Of a DNA stretch of 64,000 nucleotides, positions 1 to 9,046 are shown piece after piece. The notes under the pieces are model-generated. The model saw only the letters and a program-made list of their open reading frames with translations. It had not been told where the DNA came from and did no database searches. Each line of letters begins with the position of its first letter. The stretch's first letter is position 1. This stretch comes from an uncultured virus (IMG/VR IMGVR_UViG_3300006116_000009) (Duplodnaviria; Heunggongvirae; Uroviricota; Caudoviricetes): the IMG/VR virus record IMGVR_UViG_3300006116_000009; one strand, written 5' to 3'. The translations under genes were made by a program, and so were the position numbers.

Positions 1-23
1 TATCACCAGACCGTCTTAGTGAA

Positions 24-2462
24 ATGGGCAACGCACTTCACGATTTCCAAAATGACCCCACCCTTAGTTCCGGTGAAAAAGAATACGCCGACGCTATGGT
101 GGCAACCTTTGACGGGGCATTTCCCCAAACCGTAAAGAAAGACTCGTTCACCCCACCACAGAACGTCCAAGCCGCTGCTAAGAAAGCATTGAAGTGGATG
201 AAAGACGGCAAGGCAGGTGACGGTTTCACCCCAGTGGGGCGCAAACGTGCGTCAGACCTAGCCAACGGTCACCCCGTGTCTATGGACACCCTAAAGCGTA
301 TGAAGGCGTACTTTGACCGCCACCAGCCCGATAAGAAATCACCACATTGGAACGAACCTAGCCCAGGCAAAGTTGCGTGGTATGCGTGGGGTGGCGACGC
401 TGGCTATGCGTGGGCGAAGCACATGGTTGCTAGTGCTGAAAGGGTGCAGAAAAGCGACGTAGAGGGACACCCTTTTCATGGCAACCAGTGGACAGGTGGT
501 GAAGGTTCGGCAGAGGGCGCACTACTCACGGGCGACCAAGTGAAATCCGCCATTATGTCCCCGCAAGGCATTGACAAATTCAATAGCATTATGTCAAAGC
601 AAGGGTATCTAACCTACCCAGTAAATCACCCCCTTTACGGTGGATGTGGCGTGGTTATGAAGGCACTACAGAACATCTATCCCAACGGCAAGCCCGTTGC
701 TATTGGTGAACCGATTACGCCAGAAGAGGGCGAGGACTACCCACCCATCTTCGTTCAGCACTACGCACTACAAATCGGTGAAGATAAGTTTGTGGACGGC
801 GCTGGCGTTCGCTCCCTTGCTGAAATCGCAAAGGGAAACGTACTGGGCAAGTATTGGCAAGTCTTACCGGCGACACCAGACCTAATGGGCAGGTTCCAGT
901 CCATTGCTACCTGCACCGACCAAGAAGCGAAGGACTACGCCAACGTCTTGTTGGAAACGGCGAAATCAGGTATCACCAAGAAACAATCCATCTCCCAAGT
1001 CGCCAATCAACTTTGGAACACGTACGTAGTGAAATCACTGCATAAGGGCAAGAAGCCCACCGCCGAACAACTACGGGCGCAAAGTCAGGACGCTTACGAC
1101 AAAGGCGACGAAGTAGAAGGTGACCGACTGCGCTACCTTGCCATCAACGCACAGTTTGAAGAAGACCAAGCCAAAATCACCAAAGGCGACAAAACTGGAC
1201 ATACATTTCACGGAAACCAATGGACAGGTGGAATCGGTGGCGCTGAAGGCGTAAGTGAAGCACGAACGTCAAGTGCTTCGGGTGGAAAGCGCACCACTTC
1301 CGTTGCCGACCAACCGTTGCCACAAGGGTGGAAAATCCAAAGTAAAACTAGTAGCGACATTACGTTGGTTAGCGAAAAAGGCAACACCGCCTGGTTTGCC
1401 ACCCGTTCCCGTGGTTGGAAACCAGGCGAACGTATTTCCAATATGGTTCTACAGTCCATTGACAAATTTGCCACCGGAAAGATTGTGAACTTCATAGCGG
1501 AATCTGGTATCGGTGGTGGAACAGTTGCTTACGTACACCGTTTACGTCCCGACGTTATTGGTATGGGCAAGTACAGCGTTGTCAATGAATCATTGGTAAA
1601 TCGTGCGAAATTCTATGGCAATACAATTTCTACCGGCGGAGTAATACCGCACGATATAGCGGTTCAGTTGGCGTTTGAGCGACACGACGTAATGCCCCTC
1701 AACGCTGAAGAACTAGCCGCACAGCACAGTGTTTTCAGTTCGTATCGTCAAGAAACGAACTACATTGACTTTGCCATGGCGCACGAAATTGGACACAGCG
1801 AGTATTTCACTAACCAACGAAGCGTCAAAGACCTTCTTCCAATCCTTGCCGAACTTTCACCAGATAAGGGTGGAGACCCCGAAAATAACCCCCACAGCAT
1901 TGAGTATTGGAATAAGGCGTACAAGGACAACTGTATGAACGCCCAATACCAAATCCCAAGTCGCTATACGGGCATAACCGTACAAGACGGACTGAAAACA
2001 ACGGTTATTCCAAAAAGGGACTGGGGTCAATTCCTATACGACCAAGGACGCTCCCCCGACCCAGGTGCTATGCCTGCTTCAGCAAAAACACGGTTGTCGG
2101 CACTAGGTGTCACGGAATACGGACGTGAGGACTTTGCCGAAATGTACGCCGAGATGTATGCCGCTTACCAATCACCACGAACTACGGACATTCCATTGGC
2201 TCAGGCATTTGCCAAAACGTTTGGGTGGACTAGAAGTGACCTTACTAAATCTGCTATACTGGGGTTAGTGAAGTCTAACCTTATCCCACCAGCAAACAAC
2301 AGAGTCACCCCTGACGGCAAGGGTGGCTTCAACGTTGCCGAGCCTTATGTGGTTGATACGGTCAATGGTCCCGTCACCGTTATTGGTGAATACGTAATCG
2401 TCAACGGTAAGCAAATGTTGATTGAGGATTACAACAAAATGCCTGTAAACCCTGATAAGTAA
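24..2462 (+). CDS. Multi-domain (polyvalent-type) phage protein, probably head-associated, with C-terminal zincin-like metallopeptidase; likely 5'-truncated by the window edge
   Basis: Frame is open from position 3. Contains a PP..V...A..AL.W...G..VGR.RA..LA.G..S.DT.KRM..YF.RH...PSPG.VAW..WGGDAG domain of the kind seen next to phage head genes, two GH[PT]FHGNQWTGG motifs, and AHEIGH (HExxH) followed by EYG..DFAEMYAE. Confidence 0.65.
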   Translation: MGNALHDFQNDPTLSSGEKEYADAMVATFDGAFPQTVKKDSFTPPQNVQAAAKKALKWMKDGKAGDGFTPVGRKRASDLANGHPVSMDTLKRMKAYFDRHQPDKKSPHWNEPSPGKVAWYAWGGDAGYAWAKHMVASAERVQKSDVEGHPFHGNQWTGGEGSAEGALLTGDQVKSAIMSPQGIDKFNSIMSKQGYLTYPVNHPLYGGCGVVMKALQNIYPNGKPVAIGEPITPEEGEDYPPIFVQHYALQIGEDKFVDGAGVRSLAEIAKGNVLGKYWQVLPATPDLMGRFQSIATCTDQEAKDYANVLLETAKSGITKKQSISQVANQLWNTYVVKSLHKGKKPTAEQLRAQSQDAYDKGDEVEGDRLRYLAINAQFEEDQAKITKGDKTGHTFHGNQWTGGIGGAEGVSEARTSSASGGKRTTSVADQPLPQGWKIQSKTSSDITLVSEKGNTAWFATRSRGWKPGERISNMVLQSIDKFATGKIVNFIAESGIGGGTVAYVHRLRPDVIGMGKYSVVNESLVNRAKFYGNTISTGGVIPHDIAVQLAFERHDVMPLNAEELAAQHSVFSSYRQETNYIDFAMAHEIGHSEYFTNQRSVKDLLPILAELSPDKGGDPENNPHSIEYWNKAYKDNCMNAQYQIPSRYTGITVQDGLKTTVIPKRDWGQFLYDQGRSPDPGAMPASAKTRLSALGVTEYGREDFAEMYAEMYAAYQSPRTTDIPLAQAFAKTFGWTRSDLTKSAILGLVKSNLIPPANNRVTPDGKGGFNVAEPYVVDTVNGPVTVIGEYVIVNGKQMLIEDYNKMPVNPDK

Positions 2463-2480
2463 GGGTTTTAGCAAAGACAC

Positions 2481-2509
2481 TTGCCTTATCCGTCACATTC
2501 GGGTAAACT
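2481..2509 (+). promoter_or_regulatory. Putative sigma70-type promoter
   Basis: TTGCCT-N17-TAAACT in the intergenic gap before the 2615 ORF. Confidence 0.4.
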
Positions 2510-2614
2510 AGGTCAACCCCAATGGGAAACCAAAGGAGGCGTTGTGTCCAACAACCCCAATGCTGTACGCCGTGTTTTTAGCGGTGGTTCGTATTCGCCT
2601 ATCAAGGCAGGCTT

Positions 2615-3154
2615 GTGCTAGGCACAGTGCGAGGTGGCTTCCTCGCACTGACAGTCGTAGTTTCGCTAGTGGTTAGCGTGTTCACCACGCACCCCACCGT
2701 GAAGCCCCACGTCCAAAAGCCCCACGTCTTAGTGGAACCGAAGTTCATCACCATCTTGTACTACGGCAGTTATCCCAAGCCCCACGCAAAGGTGTATCAC
2801 CCCAAGTTGCCGGTTCACCATCGGGCAATTCCAAAGCCCCGAATTGAATCCGTTTCTGCCCCAATGGGTTTGTTGCCACCGTCAAGTCGGGCTGGCTTCA
2901 CCTGCATTATGTGGCACGAATCACGTTCGACCCCAAAGGTGTTCAATCCCACCGCTTACAATGCTGAACAGGGCGCTGGTGGCATCTTCCAGTTCATTCC
3001 GTACATCTGGCAGTATGGGGCAAAGGCATTAGGTATCCCAACCGCCTACGCCCAGCAAGCAAGTATCACCGACCAATTCCGTGTTGCCGCTTTCTATTAC
3101 AAGCGCAACGGTGGTTTCTACCCCGAATGGGCTGGAGACTCGGCGTGTTTCTAA
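2615..3154 (+). CDS. Membrane-anchored lysozyme-like lytic transglycosylase (Rpf/SLT-like)
   Basis: N-terminal hydrophobic helix; Pro/His/Lys linker; C-terminal CIMWHES...AYN...GAGGIFQF...W...A.QAS..DQ matching the lysozyme-like catalytic Glu and G.FQF motifs. Confidence 0.75.
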   Translation: MLGTVRGGFLALTVVVSLVVSVFTTHPTVKPHVQKPHVLVEPKFITILYYGSYPKPHAKVYHPKLPVHHRAIPKPRIESVSAPMGLLPPSSRAGFTCIMWHESRSTPKVFNPTAYNAEQGAGGIFQFIPYIWQYGAKALGIPTAYAQQASITDQFRVAAFYYKRNGGFYPEWAGDSACF

Positions 3155-3193
3155 TTTCCATCTGGGGTGACTAAACCCTGCTAAGTTAGTAGG

Positions 3194-4291
3194 GTGTCCA
3201 ACGCCAAAATACTCATAGGTAATGCCAACGTCAGGCTAAAGGAATTGCCCGACCAAAGCGTTCGTACCGTAATCACCTCACCGCCTTATTACGGGCTACG
3301 AGACTATGGAACAGGCGATTGGCAAGGTGGTGACCCTGACTGTACCCACCAGCGTGACAACAAGCGTGGCAAGTCCACCGAGACAGGTCACGCCAACGAA
3401 ATGCTTACCGTAGGCGACGCTATTTACAAAACCGTATGCCCACGTTGCGGTGCTATCCGTGAAGATGAACAAATGGGCTTGGAAGAAACACCAGAAGAAT
3501 TTGTCGAAGCCCTTGTTGTTTTATTCCGTGAAATACGCCGTGTGCTTACTGATGATGGAACAGTCTGGCTAAACATTGGTGATTCCTACGCTGGGTCGGG
3601 CAAAGGCAGAAATGGCGACGGCACGGTAAATGTTGACCCCGAAAGCAAGCAAGCCACAAGTCAGGGAACGTTGGAAGGCACGTTAGTGAAATCGGGCGTA
3701 GATTTGCCAGCCAAGAACATGATTGGTATTCCGTGGCGTTTGGCATTTGCCCTACAAGATGATGGCTGGATTTTGCGTCAGGACATTATCTGGGCAAAAC
3801 CAAATCCAATGCCCGAATCGGTTAGTGACCGTTGTACAAAATCGCACGAATACATCTTCCTGCTTTCTAAATCACCACGTTATTACTTTGACAACGAAGC
3901 AATCAAGGAACCAGCCCAAGATTGGGGAACCCGTGACCGCACCAACGGCAAGTACCACAACGAAGGTACGGGTCTAACACCACACAGCGGTCTAACCAAG
4001 TCCTACGAAACACGGAACAAGCGTGACGTATGGACTGTTTCCACCAAGCCGTACAAGGGGGCGCACTTTGCCACCTATCCCGAAGATTTGATTACCCCGT
4101 GTGTGTTGGCAGGTTCAGCAGAAGGCGATACCGTCCTTGACCCCTTTACAGGGTCTGGTACAACGGCGGTAGTTGCGCTTCGGTATGGTAGAAACTTTGT
4201 GGGGACAGAATTGAACCCCGAATACGCCAAACTTGCAGAAAGCAGGATTACTAGTGACGCACCCCTCTTCAACACAGTCGAACTTGGATAA
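3194..4291 (+). CDS. DNA amino-methyltransferase (N4-C/N6-A, beta class)
   Basis: TSPPY (motif IV) near the N-terminus, HFATYP, and VLDPFTGSGTT (motif I) near the C-terminus. Confidence 0.92.
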   Translation: MSNAKILIGNANVRLKELPDQSVRTVITSPPYYGLRDYGTGDWQGGDPDCTHQRDNKRGKSTETGHANEMLTVGDAIYKTVCPRCGAIREDEQMGLEETPEEFVEALVVLFREIRRVLTDDGTVWLNIGDSYAGSGKGRNGDGTVNVDPESKQATSQGTLEGTLVKSGVDLPAKNMIGIPWRLAFALQDDGWILRQDIIWAKPNPMPESVSDRCTKSHEYIFLLSKSPRYYFDNEAIKEPAQDWGTRDRTNGKYHNEGTGLTPHSGLTKSYETRNKRDVWTVSTKPYKGAHFATYPEDLITPCVLAGSAEGDTVLDPFTGSGTTAVVALRYGRNFVGTELNPEYAKLAESRITSDAPLFNTVELG

Positions 4292-4301
4292 GCACAAGCA
4301 G

Positions 4302-4517
4302 ATGAACTTTGCCGAATGGCTTACATACGGGCAATCCCTTGGATACGTTAGTGAAATCGTGTGTGACACGCACAATGGATACGAAATGTCGCCCACCGAA
4401 GTAGAACTTGTTGATGCTGGAAATGACATCTGTGTCCACGTCGTCCGTGTTGGTAACATTCAGGAGTGGGAAGCCGAGGCGCAATCCTATAAAGGAATGG
4501 ACGAACTGTGCGTTTAG
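4302..4517 (+). CDS. Hypothetical protein
   Basis: ATG 10 nt after the MTase stop; CDTH...CVH residues. Confidence 0.6.
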   Translation: MNFAEWLTYGQSLGYVSEIVCDTHNGYEMSPTEVELVDAGNDICVHVVRVGNIQEWEAEAQSYKGMDELCV

Positions 4518-4667
4518 TAGACATTTGGAACGGCAACGGGTATTACCTAAAGACCTATCAGGGAAATGACGGGTACTACCACACCGTCATCACCACGCCG
4601 GATTTCACTACCCAAGCCGAAGCGTCTAACTTCCAAACCAAGTTCATAGATTTCACTAAGGGTAATC

Positions 4668-4958
4668 GTGCGTAAAAGCGAAATCAAAGAACAACTCGAG
4701 TCGGCAAAAAGTAATTTGTCTACCGCCAACAGGTCGCTCGAGTTGTTAGTCAAGCAACACGACACAATGGCATCACATAACAACGAACTTCACCACACCA
4801 TTGAGGAACTGAAGAACGAACTGCGTCTTTACAACTGGGCTTTCAGCATTGCTTCGGGGCGACTAATGGCGTATTCCAAAACGGAAGATGACCCAGCAGT
4901 TTTCACCGAACGGTTGCTGGCAGAAGCACGTCAAGAACTAGGGATTACCCAACAGTAA
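4668..4958 (+). CDS. Hypothetical coiled-coil protein
   Basis: Heptad pattern of L/I residues; operon-like position. Confidence 0.6.
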   Translation: MRKSEIKEQLESAKSNLSTANRSLELLVKQHDTMASHNNELHHTIEELKNELRLYNWAFSIASGRLMAYSKTEDDPAVFTERLLAEARQELGITQQ

Positions 4959-5072
4959 GCCAAAACCCCCACCTTGCGGTAGGGGTCGGGCTGAAAGTTC
5001 TTGGCGTTGTGTCCAATCGCCCCCAAGACTGTCGGGCGAAGTCTATCATCGTTTAGTTTGGAAATCAACACC

Positions 5073-5110
5073 AAAAAAGCAAAGTCCCCCAGCCATTTGC
5101 TGAGGGACTT
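5073..5110 (-). terminator. Intrinsic terminator of the ncRNA
   Basis: Minus strand AAGTCCCTCAGC-AAATG-GCTGGGGGACTT followed by TGCTTTTTT. Confidence 0.75.
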
Positions 5111-5452
5111 CACCACTGCCGGACTACTTATCGGACTTCCCGTTTCCTAGGGCTAACCGCTTCGCTTCCAACTTCCCGACCTGCTTGACACCCCTACGAG
5201 TGTCACCGTCAAGGCTTGCTACACCACTTGCGCAGTGCAACTTTCAGTTTTATGGTGTCGCCTGTCGTGGGCGGGGCGGAAAGAACCACGAACCGAACCC
5301 AAATCCGAATTCGTGCAGTCTTGGTGATTTTTTGGGAACCACCAAGTTTCCACTCCCCCCACGACTTGCGACGTAAAGGCTTTACTACACCCCCAGCCCC
5401 CGACGACCACGTACTTGTGGGGTCTTTACATCAGGCGACTGCGGTTACTACA
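5073..5452 (-). ncRNA. Putative structured non-coding RNA (~380 nt), class unknown
   Basis: Own TTGACA-N17-TATAGT promoter, own U-tract terminator, many nested inverted repeats, no credible ORF. Confidence 0.7.
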
Positions 5453-5458
5453 TAAACA

Positions 5459-5487
5459 ACTATACAGGGGTATAGTCACATTGTCAA
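5459..5487 (-). promoter_or_regulatory. Consensus sigma70 promoter for the ncRNA
   Basis: Minus strand TTGACA (5487-5482), 17-nt spacer, TATAGT (5464-5459). Confidence 0.8.
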
Positions 5488-5539
5488 GTTATTTAGCAAA
5501 GTTTTTTAGAAATCTTTTTCCCCTTGTATTTATTAGGGT

Positions 5540-5569
5540 TTGGCACTACAAACTAAACCACGTTATACT
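5540..5569 (+). promoter_or_regulatory. Leaderless-type promoter for the LexA-like gene
   Basis: TTGGCA-N18-TATACT, ATG 8 nt downstream, no SD sequence. Confidence 0.6.
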
Positions 5570-5577
5570 ATTTACCT

Positions 5578-5952
5578 ATGCCATACGAATTACCAGATGC
5601 CGAAATGAACGCCCTAGATTTCATCAGGTGGCATTGGAAAGAACTAAATTGCGCACCGTCCTATCGGGCGATTATGCAAGCCGTAGGGTACAAATCAACG
5701 TCGTCCGTCCACGTGATGCTGATGCGCCTGAAGCAAAAAGGGCTAATCACCCTTGGACCGAAAAACAAGAATGTTCAGTTAGTGAATACCGGCGACCCAC
5801 GAACGTGTGACCACGATTGGCGTGTTACCAAAATTGCGAACCCGTTGTTAATCCAATGTTCGTTCTGCAAGCACAAAACGGAAGTCGAATACGACCCACC
5901 AGCCGATGCCCCACTTACCAAGTTGCTAAAGTACACAGGGAATGTCGGCTAA
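5578..5952 (+). CDS. LexA-type winged-HTH DNA-binding protein with C-terminal Zn-ribbon-like segment
   Basis: LDFIR...PSYRAIMQAVGYKSTSSVHVMLMRLKQKGLI matches the LexA N-domain; no S24 peptidase domain; CDH...CSFC. Confidence 0.8.
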   Translation: MPYELPDAEMNALDFIRWHWKELNCAPSYRAIMQAVGYKSTSSVHVMLMRLKQKGLITLGPKNKNVQLVNTGDPRTCDHDWRVTKIANPLLIQCSFCKHKTEVEYDPPADAPLTKLLKYTGNVG

Positions 5953-6008
5953 ACCCTAATAACTGTGGTACACTATAGACAGAATTGCCGAACAAGGAAA
6001 TGGGTACA

Positions 6009-6284
6009 ATGACGACCATCACGCTTGAGGAACTTGTGAACAAGATTCACACAGCCCTTGTACAAGACGCATACGACACCAACGACATCACCGCTTTGAT
6101 GGACACGGCACTAAACCAAAAGGCAACTATCGAACACCTTGCGTCAGAAAACGCACGTTTGACAAATGCCGTGGTTGATGCTGGCGACCACATCACCAAG
6201 TTGGAAACAAAGATTGACAGTCTGGGCGCACTACAGACCGCACACCACCTTGTTCAGTACGCAGAAGAGTCTGATGTCAATTAG
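6009..6284 (+). CDS. Hypothetical coiled-coil protein
   Basis: AAGGA SD sequence; helical heptads. Confidence 0.65.
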   Translation: MTTITLEELVNKIHTALVQDAYDTNDITALMDTALNQKATIEHLASENARLTNAVVDAGDHITKLETKIDSLGALQTAHHLVQYAEESDVN

Positions 6285-6543
6285 GCTTGATTGGTCGGAA
6301 CCTGACGATTTTGGGCAGTCCGAAGCAAAGTACGGCCCATTCACCTTTATTGCTTGGCAAGGTAAGGAATACGGCGAACTACGTATGATTCGTCGTGACA
6401 ACGTTGGTGGGATAATCGCCCCCATTAGCGACCTTTCCCTTTACGCTAGGGATATTGCCCAAGCAAAGTACTTGGCGGAAAATATGTCTATCGCCCTATT
6501 GCCCGTAGTGGAATACAATACTTTTACCCCACTTTATGAATAG
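6274..6543 (+). CDS. Hypothetical protein
   Basis: Start overlaps the 3' end of the upstream gene. Confidence 0.55.
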   Translation: MSIRLDWSEPDDFGQSEAKYGPFTFIAWQGKEYGELRMIRRDNVGGIIAPISDLSLYARDIAQAKYLAENMSIALLPVVEYNTFTPLYE

Positions 6544-6563
6544 CGTCTGCTAGGGTTGTAATC

Positions 6564-7379
6564 GTGTCGGCAACCCCCGTTTACCTTGGCGAAAAGCCAT
6601 ACGGCGTATCACCAAGTCGGGTAGGGCAAATCGAAAATTGCCCACGGCAGTATCAGTACTCCACCATCGAACGTTTGCCAGAACGAAAGAAGATGGCAAC
6701 GTATCGTGGAACTGTCTTTCACGAAATCCTCGAGGAGATGTTTCTGCGCACCGTGGAAACACCACAGGAACGCACCATTGAACTGACAATGGCAATTATG
6801 CGTGAACTGATGCCAACGCTAATGACCGCTGAAATCGTTGCCGAAATGGAATTAGACGATATTGGCGCACAGACTTTTACCGCTGACGTAGCCAAGTACA
6901 TTCGCAACTACTTCAAGATGGAAGACCCTACGACAATCACCACTGAGGGTATCGAAATCAAGTTGGATACCGATATGGGTGGCTGGTTGCTTCGTGGCAT
7001 CCTAGACCGCTTAGACCGACGTGCTGATGGCGCACTAATCATTGTGGACTACAAGACCGGCAAGGTGCCACAGGATAAGTACAAGGCTTCGGCAATCCTT
7101 CCGGCAAAAATCTACGCCTACCTTTGCGAACGGGAACTAGGCGAACGCCCTGTCGAAATCCAACTGCACTACGTTCAGTTTGGAAAGACCCTAACTATTG
7201 AAGTGACTGACGCTGACGTTATCTACGCTGAAAAGCGTGTTCGTGAAGCGTGGTCAAAGATTGAAAACTGGTACAACGCCGGATACTTTCCACCAATCGC
7301 CAACAATCTGTGCGATAAGTGGTGTTCGTTCAAAAACATTTGCCCGTTATTTACAACGGTTTCTGACGACCCTTTCTAA
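6564..7379 (+). CDS. RecB/Cas4-like PD-(D/E)XK exonuclease with Fe-S cysteines
   Basis: SPS...CPRQY, G..FH, RGILDRLD, IVDYKTG, C-terminal CDKWCSFKNIC. Confidence 0.88.
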   Translation: MSATPVYLGEKPYGVSPSRVGQIENCPRQYQYSTIERLPERKKMATYRGTVFHEILEEMFLRTVETPQERTIELTMAIMRELMPTLMTAEIVAEMELDDIGAQTFTADVAKYIRNYFKMEDPTTITTEGIEIKLDTDMGGWLLRGILDRLDRRADGALIIVDYKTGKVPQDKYKASAILPAKIYAYLCERELGERPVEIQLHYVQFGKTLTIEVTDADVIYAEKRVREAWSKIENWYNAGYFPPIANNLCDKWCSFKNICPLFTTVSDDPF

Positions 7380-7488
7380 GTCGGTTCCACCCCATCAGGT
7401 GTTTGACACTTGACATTTCCAAAACACCATTTACGCTTTCTTTGTCAAGACCATTGGGTTACCTACTGGTCAAGCAGAAAGTGAATTT

Positions 7489-8310
7489 ATGGCTCGCAAA
7501 CTAGTACGCCTTAGCATCAAGGAAACGTCGGGTGTTGACCACCCTGCGCACCTCCACGATGGTTGGGTCGTTATGAAGTCTGCAAACCCAGAAGAAGCAT
7601 CTGCCCTGCTTGACGAAATCCGTCCTACTGAAATCGTTGCCGAAGCACCCGTCGTTGAAAGCGTGGAGTTTGAGGCACCTGTGGTGGAAACCACGGAAAC
7701 GTTTGAGTTGGAAACCGCCAAGGCAGCAAACGCTGTTTTGGAAACCCTCAGTAATTTCAAGAAAGAAGAAATTATGTCACAGTTTTCTGCGATGGACACC
7801 GATGTGACCATCTACTCAGGGGCTGCGAGCGAGGCTGACATTTTGAAGGCTATGCCACAGGCTATCCGCAAGATGTTGGACGAGGCTTCGGCATCTGCCG
7901 AGGTTGCACTTCGTAAGGCTGCCGCTTCGGAAGCCGCCCTCATTGCCGAGCGTGAAGCCCGTGCTGATGAGGCTGCGGTTATCAAGGCTGCTGCTTGGTC
8001 GCACCTCAACATTGACCCCACCATTGTCGGCCCAGCGCTTCGTCGCCTTGCCGAGTCCGATGGCACCCTTGCTAACGAGGTTGTCAAGGCACTCGACAGT
8101 GCCAACGCCCTGATGGACGCTAACGCTGTCTTTACTGAAATCGGTTCAGACGCTGTTGTTCCTTCGGACGACGCTTTCTCAAAGATGGAAAACTTGGCTA
8201 AGGCCGCTGTTGCTTCTGGCACTGCCCCTTCGTTCGAGGCCGCTTTGATGTCAGTTGCGCAGTCGAACCCCGACCTGTACACGCAGTACCTCAACGAGAA
8301 GGCTCGATAG
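7489..8310 (+). CDS. Capsid scaffolding/assembly protein
   Basis: N-terminal I.ETSGVDHPAH...VVMKS segment resembling phage protease/scaffold N-termini; Ala/Glu-rich helices; F.EIGS; immediately upstream of the decoration and capsid genes. Confidence 0.7.
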   Translation: MARKLVRLSIKETSGVDHPAHLHDGWVVMKSANPEEASALLDEIRPTEIVAEAPVVESVEFEAPVVETTETFELETAKAANAVLETLSNFKKEEIMSQFSAMDTDVTIYSGAASEADILKAMPQAIRKMLDEASASAEVALRKAAASEAALIAEREARADEAAVIKAAAWSHLNIDPTIVGPALRRLAESDGTLANEVVKALDSANALMDANAVFTEIGSDAVVPSDDAFSKMENLAKAAVASGTAPSFEAALMSVAQSNPDLYTQYLNEKAR

Positions 8311-8313
8311 TCC

Positions 8314-9024
8314 ATGGCTTTTGAACAGAACCCATACGCTGTAAAGGTCACCCTTACGGCTGACAACTCGCTCAGCAGCACCATCACCAACGGCATTGTG
8401 TCTTCGTCGGCACAGTTCAAGTTCGTGAAGATTGCTGGCAAGACCGCTACCATCACCGGCAACGTTGTTTCCGGTACGACTTCCATCACCGGCGTTTCGT
8501 CGCTGGTCGGTGTAATCACTGGTGCCAACGTTTCTGGTACGGGTATCCCCTCGGGTGCCTTTATCACCAACGTGAACATCAGCGGTACGACGTACAGCAT
8601 CACGCTGTCTGCGCCTGCCACTGCTGCGCAGTCGTCTTGCACCTTGACGATTATCCCTTCGTCACAGCCTTACCAGAACGGCCCAGTCGCCACCGCAGTT
8701 TCGGCTTCGACTGACCGCCCAATCGGTATCCTTCAGAACCAGCCAATTACCAAGTTGACTTCCACCTCGAACGTGCAAAGTTTCTCAGAAGCCGAAGTCA
8801 CGATTTCTGGTGTGTCAAAGGTTATCGCTGGTGGCGTTGTTACCGCTGGTGACGCAATCACGATTGACTCGCAGGGTCGTGCTGTCACGGCGACGTTTGC
8901 CACAAGCACCACCTACGCCCCCAACTCCTACTTTGTACTCGGAACCGCTTTGACCCCCAGCACGGTTGCTGGCGACGTTATTACCGTCGCTGTTGCCGCC
9001 TCTGCTGCTGGTCGTGTGGCTTAG
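8314..9024 (+). CDS. Capsid cement/decoration protein with inserted beta module
   Basis: QFKFVK...PIGILQN.P...AEV..SG.SKV.AG..V.AGD.I..D..GRAV...G.AL.....GD.I.V pattern typical of DUF2190-like cement proteins; directly before the MCP. Confidence 0.7.
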   Translation: MAFEQNPYAVKVTLTADNSLSSTITNGIVSSSAQFKFVKIAGKTATITGNVVSGTTSITGVSSLVGVITGANVSGTGIPSGAFITNVNISGTTYSITLSAPATAAQSSCTLTIIPSSQPYQNGPVATAVSASTDRPIGILQNQPITKLTSTSNVQSFSEAEVTISGVSKVIAGGVVTAGDAITIDSQGRAVTATFATSTTYAPNSYFVLGTALTPSTVAGDVITVAVAASAAGRVA

Positions 9025-9046
9025 TCAGAAAGGCTAGTGAAATAAA

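Noticed and set aside
2543..2620. AGGAGG-preceded 25-codon ORF or riboswitch upstream of the transglycosylase
   Set aside because: No c-di-AMP riboswitch consensus recognised and the peptide has no supporting features; cannot be supported from sequence alone
5185..5455. Short ORFs at 5185, 5216 and 5219 as protein genes
   Set aside because: No SD sequence or recognisable protein features; the region is better explained by a structured RNA
5415..5810. 131-aa ORF
   Set aside because: Runs through the divergent promoters and overlaps the LexA-like gene out of frame
6564..7379. Cas4 as evidence of a CRISPR-Cas system
   Set aside because: No repeat-spacer array or other cas genes seen; solo RecB/Cas4-like nucleases are common in phages
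7812..8642. 276-aa minus-strand ORF and similar long antisense ORFs (29262, 38887, 44664)
   Set aside because: Shadows of strongly codon-biased plus-strand structural genes
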